From contig JBJFCL010000007.1 of assembly GCA_051888935.1 (NCBI GenBank), forward strand, positions 9,124 through 73,123: 64,000 nucleotides of DNA, given 5' to 3'. Under the pieces are notes generated by a model. That model was not told the origin of the DNA and searched no databases. It worked only from the letters and a program-made list of their open reading frames with translations. Position 1 is the stretch's first letter, and every line of letters starts with the position of its first letter. Source of the DNA: Candidatus Caccovivens sp. Lineage in GTDB: Bacteria; Bacillota; Clostridia; Christensenellales; UBA1242. The position numbers and the translations under genes are program-made. This document shows, piece after piece, positions 8,151 through 16,226 of this stretch.

Positions 8151-9787
8151 TGAAAAACAAGGATTTGGATTTTTTAAAAAAACATTATGGAGAACAATTC
8201 TCTCATCTTTGTAGAGAACTTTTTCCGACAATTTTGGAACAAGAAGGTTTGCTCAGTGAAGTTATTTCAAAAAAATTTGCACCAACGCGTTCTTTGGCAG
8301 AAGATTTAGTTGATCAAGAAGAAAATTTTAAAGCATATATATACAGTCTTGTCGATGTTGAAAAAGTAGACAAAACAACAATTGTAAACAAAAGTCCAGA
8401 AGAACTTATGAAAGAAGCAGGATATATTCTTTATCCAGAGTGCAAGACCGAAAAAGATATCCAAAGTTTTAAAAAATATTACACAAAAAATGAGAAACTT
8501 TGCACTTTTGATGGTGGAAGATTAAATACTTGTCGAGTTTGGTTTGCTGTCAAAGAAAATGTAGACGAAATCAAGCGAGATGATTTCAAAAATCCAAAAA
8601 GACAAGATGAATATGGCACAAGTGTTATCAGCATTCAGTTCACAAAATCAGAAAACAGCACCTTGTCAATAAAAAATCGATATAATCACACTGTAAACAA
8701 CCCAGATTGCACTTTTGGAAACAATTTGGACAATATAATTGAAGGTCTTACGGGTGCTTTTGTGCAAAAATACGGAATCAATTTACAAAACACAATCCAA
8801 GATTTTGAATTGGAAAAATATGTCCTTGCAAATGATGGAAAATTTTATAGATACAATTTTGAATCATATAATATTTATTATTGTGAAAACAATGTTATCG
8901 TTGATGCTGGCGAAGTTAAAACTTTCAACAAAGACAAATTTTTTTTGATTGATAATTACATTGTCGATTTAGAAAATAAAACTATAAAAAGTTATTTTTC
9001 GCATTTGGATAGTTTTGTTAACTCAATTGGAACGATTAAAAACATAAATGTTACTCTTGATAAAGACAAAAACAAAGTTCTCTCCATTGAAACTAAAAAT
9101 GGACAAAATATTGTTGAGATAACCATCAACAAGCACAATGAAATAATTGGATATAGCAATCCAAATGTTACTGAAATTGGACATGATTTCCTCAGTTGCA
9201 ACACCACATTGCAATTCATAAACTTGCCAAATGTCACAAAAATCGATCATTCTTTCCTTTTAAGCAACAGTTTTTTGAGATCGTTAAATCTGCCAAATGT
9301 GACTGAAATAAGTACAGACTTTTTGTTCTATAATGAATGTTTGCAAGAGATAAATATGCCAAATTTAAGAAAAATTGATGACTCTTTTCTTTGTTACAAC
9401 AATTCCCTACAATCAATATATTTTCCTAAACTAGTTGAAATTGGCAATAGTTTCATGAATGGAAACGATTCAGTATTAACCGCCGACCTCCCTAATGTCG
9501 AAAAAATTGGCGGTAAATTTTTATCTTCAAACAGTTGTTTAAAATCGATAAACCTGCCAAACGTAATTGATATTAGTTATAACTTTTTATTAAGCAACAA
9601 TTCTTTGAAGAGTATTGATTTGCCCAATGTAAAACAAATTGGTACCAATTTTATGTACTGCAATAATGCTTTGAAAGAATTTCATGCACCAAATCTTAAA
9701 CAAAAAGATTTCAGCAATTTTTATAGATTAAAAAAAATATTAGATACTTATTCAAACAAAAATTCTTCAAACAAAAGAGAGAAATAG
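8150..9787 (+). CDS. Head-domain/LRR protein 1 (545 aa): unrecognised N-terminal domain plus ~8 BspA-like 22-aa leucine-rich repeats
   Basis: No signal peptide or TM. The N-terminal ~330 aa are shared with the two paralogues. C-terminus repeats LPNVTxIxxxFLxxNxxLxSIx from about 9161 to 9710. Confidence 0.8.
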   Translation: MKNKDLDFLKKHYGEQFSHLCRELFPTILEQEGLLSEVISKKFAPTRSLAEDLVDQEENFKAYIYSLVDVEKVDKTTIVNKSPEELMKEAGYILYPECKTEKDIQSFKKYYTKNEKLCTFDGGRLNTCRVWFAVKENVDEIKRDDFKNPKRQDEYGTSVISIQFTKSENSTLSIKNRYNHTVNNPDCTFGNNLDNIIEGLTGAFVQKYGINLQNTIQDFELEKYVLANDGKFYRYNFESYNIYYCENNVIVDAGEVKTFNKDKFFLIDNYIVDLENKTIKSYFSHLDSFVNSIGTIKNINVTLDKDKNKVLSIETKNGQNIVEITINKHNEIIGYSNPNVTEIGHDFLSCNTTLQFINLPNVTKIDHSFLLSNSFLRSLNLPNVTEISTDFLFYNECLQEINMPNLRKIDDSFLCYNNSLQSIYFPKLVEIGNSFMNGNDSVLTADLPNVEKIGGKFLSSNSCLKSINLPNVIDISYNFLLSNNSLKSIDLPNVKQIGTNFMYCNNALKEFHAPNLKQKDFSNFYRLKKILDTYSNKNSSNKREK

Positions 9788-9806
9788 CGTAATTTTACAA
9801 AAAGTA

Positions 9807-9835
9807 TTGACAGAAAATAATTATTATTGTAATAT
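9807..9835 (+). promoter_or_regulatory. Putative sigma-A promoter, LRR module 2
   Basis: TTGACA (9807-9812), 17-nt spacer, TAATAT (9830-9835). It lies inside the track ORF extension, which argues for the 9879 start. Confidence 0.5.
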
Positions 9836-9878
9836 CACAATTAAATTGAAAATATTTCAAAAAAAGGAGGTCTTGCCA

Positions 9879-11441
9879 ATGAAAAACAAAGATTTAGAGT
9901 TTTTAAAAAAACATTACGGAGAACAATTCTCTCATCTTTGTAGAGAACTTTTTCCGACACTTTTGGAACAAGAAGGCTTGCTCAGTGAAATCATCTCAAA
10001 CAAGTTTGCCCCAACTTTTTCATTGGCAAAAGATTTAAAAGGTCAAGAAGAAAATTTTAAAGCATATATATACAGTCTTGTCGATGTCGAAAAAGGAGAA
10101 AAAGCTCCAATCGTCAACAAAACGCCAGAGGAACTTTTGAGTGAAGCAGGATATATTCTTTATCCAGAATGTAAAACGGAAGAAGATATCCAAAGATTCA
10201 AAAAATATTATGCTCCCGGAGAAGAACTTTGCACATTCAAAGGCGGAAGATTGAAAGATTGCAGAGTTTGGTTTGCTGTCAAAAAAAATGTGGACGAAAT
10301 CAAAAGGGAAAACTTTAAAAATCCAAATAGGCAAGATGAATATGGCACAAGTGTTATCAGCATTCAGTTCACAAAATCAGAAAACAGCACTGTTTCAATC
10401 AAAAATCGTTACAATCACTCTGTCAACAACCCAGACTGCACCTTTGGAAATAATCTGGACAACATAATTGAAGGACTGACAGAAGCTTTTGTGAACACAT
10501 ATGAAATTTCTTTGAAAGAAGCGACCAAACAGAAATATCAATTAAAAAAATATGTTATGGCAGAGGACGGAAAATTTTATAGATATAATTTTGAAAAAGA
10601 TAATATTTATTTCTGTGAAAACAACATTATAATAAACAATGGAAAGGTCGAAAGGTTTAATAAAGACAACAACCTAGTGATTGACAATTTCCTTGTTGAT
10701 TTAAAAAACAAGAGCATAAAAAATCTTTTAAATTATAATGATAGTTTCATTGATACAATTGGAAATATAAAATCAATAAATGTTTCAAAATATAAAAATA
10801 GCAACAAAAAAATCTCTATTGAAACTGACAATAATGATGTCAAACTCACCATCAACAGCCACAACGAGATAATAGCATATATCAACTCCAATTATTTCAA
10901 AATAAATGACAATTTTATGCGATGCAACAAATCGTTAAAAATTCTTGATTTGCGCAACGCCAAGACAATTGGCAACGACTTTTTATATAACAACGATGCG
11001 TTAATCTATGCTGATTTGCGTAATGCAACTATTATTAAAGACAATTTTTTGTGTAAAAATAAGGCTATAACCACCATTGACTTGCGTAGTGCGATGGTTA
11101 TTGGTAAAAACTTTTTGTTTATAAACAATACTGTAAAATCAATAGACTTGAATAAAGCAAGTGTAGTAGGTGACAATTTCTTGTGTAATAACAAATGTTT
11201 AAATTTTATTAACTTACAATCTGCAACCGCAATAGGCAACCGATTTTTGTATAGCAATGCATCTATAAACTCAATAGAGTTGAACAATGTCACAACTATT
11301 GGTAAAGATTTCTTGAAAAAGAATGAAATATTGCAATATTTTTATGCACCTAAGCTCAAAAGTACAAAAAAGCCTTTCAAATTTGAAAATATGATAAACA
11401 AATCTAGACTTAAACATATCTTTCATAAAAAAGAAAAATAG
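9879..11441 (+). CDS. Head-domain/LRR protein 2 (520 aa): same head, ~7 divergent LRRs, no small partner
   Basis: ATG 9879 follows AAGGAGG (9864-9870). MKNKDLEFLKKHYGEQFSHLCRELFPT is nearly identical to the paralogues. LRRs (RNAxTIGxxFLxxNxx) run from about 10886 to 11360. Confidence 0.8.
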   Translation: MKNKDLEFLKKHYGEQFSHLCRELFPTLLEQEGLLSEIISNKFAPTFSLAKDLKGQEENFKAYIYSLVDVEKGEKAPIVNKTPEELLSEAGYILYPECKTEEDIQRFKKYYAPGEELCTFKGGRLKDCRVWFAVKKNVDEIKRENFKNPNRQDEYGTSVISIQFTKSENSTVSIKNRYNHSVNNPDCTFGNNLDNIIEGLTEAFVNTYEISLKEATKQKYQLKKYVMAEDGKFYRYNFEKDNIYFCENNIIINNGKVERFNKDNNLVIDNFLVDLKNKSIKNLLNYNDSFIDTIGNIKSINVSKYKNSNKKISIETDNNDVKLTINSHNEIIAYINSNYFKINDNFMRCNKSLKILDLRNAKTIGNDFLYNNDALIYADLRNATIIKDNFLCKNKAITTIDLRSAMVIGKNFLFINNTVKSIDLNKASVVGDNFLCNNKCLNFINLQSATAIGNRFLYSNASINSIELNNVTTIGKDFLKKNEILQYFYAPKLKSTKKPFKFENMINKSRLKHIFHKKEK

Positions 11442-11467
11442 AAACACTCAATGCTGAGTGTTTTTTA
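11442..11467 (+). terminator. Rho-independent terminator after LRR gene 2
   Basis: AAACACTCA / TGAGTGTTT stem with loop ATGC, followed by a T-run. Confidence 0.7.
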
Positions 11468-11496
11468 TAATTTTTAAGCAAGCGTATTTTTGTAAC

Positions 11497-11525
11497 TTGA
11501 CAAAGAAAAATAATTTTATTAAAAT
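11497..11525 (+). promoter_or_regulatory. Putative sigma-A promoter, LRR module 3
   Basis: TTGACA (11497-11502), 17-nt spacer, TAAAAT (11520-11525). Shares the AACTTGACA context with module 1. Confidence 0.5.
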
Positions 11526-11542
11526 ATTAAAAAGGAGACGTT

Positions 11543-11836
11543 ATGATACAACTTAAAGTGAAAGAAATCAAAACTAATGGCGAATATGTTTTGCAAGAAA
11601 AAGATGGGCAAACTCAATCGCTGATATTGGAATTTTATGATATCACACCCCCTGTTGTTGGTGACACTTTGTTTGTTCATAGAAATTTGTTAAATCGTTC
11701 ATCAAAAAAATTTACTCAACCTTTTGCATTTGAACCATTATCAGTCGAAAATGAGAATCAAAAGGTTGATGATGAAGAAATGATTGGATTGCACACCCAA
11801 AATGGTGATGTTGTTTTAAAAAGGATTTATGGCTAA
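11543..11836 (+). CDS. Small partner protein A2 (97 aa), paralogue of 7863-8150
   Basis: SD AAGGAG. TAATG overlap with the downstream gene at 11834-11838. Confidence 0.65.
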   Translation: MIQLKVKEIKTNGEYVLQEKDGQTQSLILEFYDITPPVVGDTLFVHRNLLNRSSKKFTQPFAFEPLSVENENQKVDDEEMIGLHTQNGDVVLKRIYG

Positions 11837-13956
11837 TGAAAAATAAAGATTTGGAATTTATAAAGAAACATTACGGAGAAGATTTCTCTCATCTATGCAG
11901 AGAACTTTTTCCAACATTATTGGAACAAGAAGGTTTGCTCAGTGAAGTTATTTCAAAAAAATTTGTACCAACGCGTTCTTTGGCGGAAGATTTAAAAAAT
12001 AATTTAAACGAAATAGACGCAATAGACGAATTTAAATCATATATATTCAGCCTTGTAGATGTCGAGAAAGAGGTAAAAACTTCAATCATCAACAAAACCC
12101 CAGAGGAACTTTTGAGCGAAGCAGGATATATTCTTTATCCAGAATGTAAAACGGAAGAAGATATCCAAAGATTCAAAAAATATTATGCTCCCGGAGAAGC
12201 ACTTTGCACTTTTAGAGGTGGAAGATTAAATACTTGTCGAGTTTGGTTTGCTGTCAAAAAAAATGTAGACGAAATCAAACGAGAAGACTTCAAAAATCCA
12301 AAAAGACAAGATGAATATGGCACAAGTGTTATCAGCATTCAATTTACAAAATCAGGAAATATCACTCTTTCAATAAAAAACCGCTACAATCACACTGTAA
12401 ACAATCCTGACTGCACTTTTGGAAACAATTTGGAAAACATCGCATACGGACTAACTGACGCTTTTGAAAAAACATATGACATACATTTACTCGAGAATAA
12501 TAAGCAAGAATTTGAATTAAATCCTTATGTCTTAGCAAACGATGGAAAGTTTTATAGATACAATTTTGAATCTAATGGTATTTATTTTTGTGAAAACAAT
12601 GTTATAATAGAGCATGGCGACGTTAAAACTTTCAACAAAGACACTACTCTTGTGATTGACAATTTTGTTGTTGATTTAAAGAATAAAACTATAAAAAATA
12701 TTCTTAAATATCATGACTCTTTCATAGACTCTATCGGAGAAATTCAATCAATAAATACTTCAATCGACAAAGATGGCAACAAAATTCTTGTAATCAAAAC
12801 TACGAATAAAAATGAAGTTGTAGAAATTACCATAAACAAACACAATCGAATAATTGGTTACAAAAATCCTAATGTGACCACAATTGGAAATGATTTTTTG
12901 CCTTACTGTGAATTACACTCTATCAACCTGCCAAATGTGGCTGAAATAGGTGATGGATTTTTATATAATAATTGGTTTTTGCACTCTATCAATCTTCCGA
13001 AAGTAACTAAAATTGGAAATGGATTTTTGTATAATAATCTCTTTTTGCAATCTATCAGCCTCCCTAATGTAACTGAAATTGGAAATGGATTTTTGTATTC
13101 TAATGAAACTTTGTCCTCCGTCAATCTTCCTAATGTAAATATCATTGGGGATAACTTTTTGTATAATAATGAAGCTTTGTCCTCTATTGACCTCCCCAAT
13201 GTGACCACAATTGGAGATAAATTTTTGTATGATAACAAAAAATTACAATCTATTGACCTCCCTAATGTTACTACAATTGGAAATGAATTTTTGCTTTGTA
13301 ACGAAAATTTGAAATCCATTGATTTCCCTTATGTTACCACAATTGGAAATAAATTTTTGTATTGGAACAAAAAATTACAATCTATTGACCTACCGAATGT
13401 TTACAAAATTGGAAATGACTTTTTAAAAAATAATAAAATATTGGAAGATATCAACTTCCATAATGTGACTGTAATAGGAGATAAGTTTTTGTGTTTTAAC
13501 GAAAATTTGAAATCCATTGATTTCCCTTATGTTACCACAATTGGAAATGATTTTTTACCTTGTAACAGAAATTTGAAATCTATCAATATTCCTAATGTTA
13601 TCACAATTGGAAATAACTTTTTGAATTGTAACATAGATTTGAAATCTATCAATATTCCTAATGTGACTGTAATTGGAAATGATTTTCTATGTTTTAACAA
13701 AAATTTGAAATCTATCAATATTCCTAATGTTACCACAATTGGGGATGGCTTTCTGTGTGCTAACGATAATTTGAAGTCTATCAATATGCATAATGTGACT
13801 GTAATTGGAAATAGTTTTCTGTATTCGAACAACAAATTGAAATCTATCGACATTCCTAATGCAAAGGAAATTGGAAAAGATTTTTTAAAATACAATAAAC
13901 ATTTCAACTTTAATAAAAATAATACAAGTAAAAATGAAGAAACCTTTAATAAATAA
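11836..13956 (+). CDS. Head-domain/LRR protein 3 (706 aa): same head plus ~16 near-perfect 22-aa LRRs
   Basis: Same N-terminal domain as the paralogues. I count sixteen LPNVTTIGNxFLxxNxxLKSIx units. No export signal. Confidence 0.85.
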   Translation: MKNKDLEFIKKHYGEDFSHLCRELFPTLLEQEGLLSEVISKKFVPTRSLAEDLKNNLNEIDAIDEFKSYIFSLVDVEKEVKTSIINKTPEELLSEAGYILYPECKTEEDIQRFKKYYAPGEALCTFRGGRLNTCRVWFAVKKNVDEIKREDFKNPKRQDEYGTSVISIQFTKSGNITLSIKNRYNHTVNNPDCTFGNNLENIAYGLTDAFEKTYDIHLLENNKQEFELNPYVLANDGKFYRYNFESNGIYFCENNVIIEHGDVKTFNKDTTLVIDNFVVDLKNKTIKNILKYHDSFIDSIGEIQSINTSIDKDGNKILVIKTTNKNEVVEITINKHNRIIGYKNPNVTTIGNDFLPYCELHSINLPNVAEIGDGFLYNNWFLHSINLPKVTKIGNGFLYNNLFLQSISLPNVTEIGNGFLYSNETLSSVNLPNVNIIGDNFLYNNEALSSIDLPNVTTIGDKFLYDNKKLQSIDLPNVTTIGNEFLLCNENLKSIDFPYVTTIGNKFLYWNKKLQSIDLPNVYKIGNDFLKNNKILEDINFHNVTVIGDKFLCFNENLKSIDFPYVTTIGNDFLPCNRNLKSINIPNVITIGNNFLNCNIDLKSINIPNVTVIGNDFLCFNKNLKSINIPNVTTIGDGFLCANDNLKSINMHNVTVIGNSFLYSNNKLKSIDIPNAKEIGKDFLKYNKHFNFNKNNTSKNEETFNK
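12868..13905 (+). repeat. In-frame 66-bp tandem periodicity (LRR coding array) with long perfect internal repeats
   Basis: About 16 units. A 52-bp perfect direct repeat occurs at 13299-13350 and 13497-13548 (offset 198 = 3 x 66). TTGAAATCTATCAATATTCCTAATGT recurs three times at 66-bp spacing from about 13570. Confidence 0.85.
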
Positions 13957-13971
13957 AAATTTTATTATTAA

Positions 13972-13998
13972 AAAAACACTCAGAATTGAGTGCTTTTT
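13972..13998. terminator. Bidirectional terminator between convergent LRR gene 3 and the mreB-like gene
   Basis: CACTCA (13977-13982) / TGAGTG (13987-13992) with loop GAAT, flanked by an A-run and a T-run. The stem sequence is related to the 11442 terminator. Confidence 0.65.
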
Positions 13999-15000
13999 TT
14001 ATAATTTTTTAAGAATGCTTTCAAGCAGTTGTCCGTCAGAAAGAAGTTTGCCTGCACCCAAAATGGTAACATTATCAACATCTTCGCTGATTTCAACTGG
14101 ATAATTGAGATTTTTCTTTAAATAATTTTCAAGTCCCTGCATCTTTGCACAACCGCCAACCAACAAAATTTTGTTATTGATGATATCTGCAACTATTTCT
14201 GGCGGAAGACTATTGATTGTCGTGTCAATTGCACGGACAATTTCGCTGTAAAATGGTTCAATCGCTTTTTTCAAATCGCTAGACAAAATAACCACTGTCT
14301 TTGGCGACTTTGTTCGAGCGTCCACGCCAGTTATTTCCATGTTCAAGGTGTCGTTGTCATACAAACTACCAACTTCATTTTTCAAAACTTCTGCCGTTGG
14401 AAGTCCAATGACAAGTTCTTGTGTGTATGCCAAGAAATTGACAATCGAAGCATCAATACTTTTCCCTCCAATTCCGAGAGTCGCACCTTTCAAAATGTTG
14501 GACATATTGATAACTCCAATTTCTGTCCCTGTTCCGCCGATATCCACAACCATATTGACTTTGGAGCTATCAATGTTTCGTCCTTCACCAACACATGAAC
14601 ACAAAACCGATGGAACGAGTTCCACATGTCCAAGATTTGCTCCTTCGCAGACATTCAATATGTTCTCTTTTTCTCTTGCAGTAAGTCCACAAGGCACAAT
14701 GAATAGTGCACTATCTTCATGTGCACGATATCCCACTTTACTCAAAAAGTGTTTAAGTAAAATAACAGAATATTCATAATTTGAATGCTCGCCACTAGCC
14801 ATTGGAGTGAAAATCTCAACATTATCCTTTGTTTTTCCAACCAATTTTTTTGCATCAATTCCCATAGCAATAACTTTGTATCCTTCATCAGTCGGTTCCG
14901 CAGCGATGAGAGTAGGCTCTTTCAAAGCCAGACCTTGACCTTTGACATAAATACAAGTGTATCCGCCACCCATTTCAATGGCATACTTAAATTTTCTCAT
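13999..15000 (-). CDS. mreB: MreB/Mbl-family actin-like protein (divergent)
   Basis: 333 aa. IEMGGGYTCIYV, MVVDIGGTGTEIGV and LVGGCAKMQGL are MreB-like ASKHA motifs. The phosphate-1 motif differs from the canonical DLGTANT. Confidence 0.75.
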   Translation of the reverse strand: MRKFKYAIEMGGGYTCIYVKGQGLALKEPTLIAAEPTDEGYKVIAMGIDAKKLVGKTKDNVEIFTPMASGEHSNYEYSVILLKHFLSKVGYRAHEDSALFIVPCGLTAREKENILNVCEGANLGHVELVPSVLCSCVGEGRNIDSSKVNMVVDIGGTGTEIGVINMSNILKGATLGIGGKSIDASIVNFLAYTQELVIGLPTAEVLKNEVGSLYDNDTLNMEITGVDARTKSPKTVVILSSDLKKAIEPFYSEIVRAIDTTINSLPPEIVADIINNKILLVGGCAKMQGLENYLKKNLNYPVEISEDVDNVTILGAGKLLSDGQLLESILKKL

Positions 15001-15009
15001 TCGCCCCTC

Positions 15010-16215
15010 CTACACTGTGATTATAACGCTCTTTGCGTGTGCTGTCAGACCTTCAAATTGTTCGTAAAAAATGGTTACTCTTTCGCCAGCACTCAATTTG
15101 TAAATAATTTCAAACAAATCATATTTATTTTTTATATTATAGGTTGTTGTGCCAATTTTAAGAGCAGTGATTGCACTATTGGAACTGATTGTGACATCTT
15201 TATGAACAAATTCATTCATGAGATAATATCCTGAATAATCGGAATTGGCATAATATGTGATTTCGTCTGAATAAGAATGCCAAGATTTGTTGAAATAGAA
15301 ATTGTTTTCGTCTCCTGTATTTCTTTGCGAGCACTCAATAAACCAAGAAAGTTCCGCTTGGTCAAACCCGACAAATTTGTCTCTTATAGCACAAGAAAAA
15401 GTGGAATTAGATTGATATTTTTCAACAACATTGTCCAAAACAAACTTGATTGCCTCTGCCGGCATTACATAAGCAAAACCTGCTGAAACATCAGTTAATG
15501 AGCCATACGAAAATCCCAAAAGCGAAGCATTTTTGTCGAACACCGCACCGCCTGTAAATTGAGTGCCGTCCAAATCCAAATCAATGACAAAGCAATTTTC
15601 TTGGATTCTGTCAACAACCAACATACCATCTTGCTCTGTTACATTTGGCACATCATATCCAATATCATAGACCTCACCTGTTCTGATATGTTTGTCTGAA
15701 ACAGGATTTGAAACGCAAATAATTTCATCGCCTTCCACAATGTTTGAAATAGATGCTATGGAGACATAAGGCAACTTGATTTCTCCTTCCCCCTCCGCAG
15801 TGTTTTGACACTTTATTACGGTCAAATCATAATCCTTGTCAGCAAACAAAACTTTCCCATAGAAGATAGTTCCAGAATTGGAATAGATTTTGATGATTGT
15901 GTCGCTGTTTACATTTTCAAAATCGCTGTATGGAGCAATGATATATCCGTCTTTTCGCACATTAACTCCAAGGACTTTTTTTTCTTCATCTTGAAATTCT
16001 GAATTTTGTACTTTAAATTCAATTTCAACAGTGGCATCAGCATACATATCGGCAATTTGTGTGTCTGAGACAAAAGGCCAAAAGCCAATTTTTAGAGCAA
16101 TATTATATGGAGAAATAAAGTAAAAATAGACAACAGCAAAAAGGTAGCACAGAACAACTGTAACCACCGCGAATAAAATATACCAAACAAGTTTTGAATT
16201 GCTTTTATTCTCCAT
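15010..16215 (-). CDS. Membrane-anchored HtrA-like protein (trypsin fold plus PDZ-like C-terminus) with a non-canonical catalytic triad
   Basis: N-terminal TM. DGYIIAPYSDF aligns to GYIVTNxHV with His replaced. DYDLTVIKC retains the Asp. GTQFTGGAVFD aligns to GNSGGP with Ser replaced by Thr. Confidence 0.5.
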   Translation of the reverse strand: MENKSNSKLVWYILFAVVTVVLCYLFAVVYFYFISPYNIALKIGFWPFVSDTQIADMYADATVEIEFKVQNSEFQDEEKKVLGVNVRKDGYIIAPYSDFENVNSDTIIKIYSNSGTIFYGKVLFADKDYDLTVIKCQNTAEGEGEIKLPYVSIASISNIVEGDEIICVSNPVSDKHIRTGEVYDIGYDVPNVTEQDGMLVVDRIQENCFVIDLDLDGTQFTGGAVFDKNASLLGFSYGSLTDVSAGFAYVMPAEAIKFVLDNVVEKYQSNSTFSCAIRDKFVGFDQAELSWFIECSQRNTGDENNFYFNKSWHSYSDEITYYANSDYSGYYLMNEFVHKDVTISSNSAITALKIGTTTYNIKNKYDLFEIIYKLSAGERVTIFYEQFEGLTAHAKSVIITV

Positions 16216-16226
16216 AACCTGCCTTT

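Noticed and set aside
8935-12262. Homopolymer tracts (T8 near 8939, A8 near 10277 and 12255) in the LRR genes as phase-variation switches
   Set aside because: Runs of this length are common throughout this AT-rich window, including in housekeeping genes. All three ORFs are intact. There is no evidence for on/off frames.
12868-13905. The regular 66-bp periodicity could be mistaken for a CRISPR array or satellite
   Set aside because: The units are contiguous with no spacers. They are in frame within a long ORF and translate to a coherent 22-aa leucine-rich repeat. No cas genes are present.
7712-13998. Searched the LRR island flanks for an integrase, transposase, tRNA target or flanking direct repeats that would define a mobile element
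   Set aside because: I found none by eye, so the block is reported as an accessory island of unknown origin rather than a mobile element.
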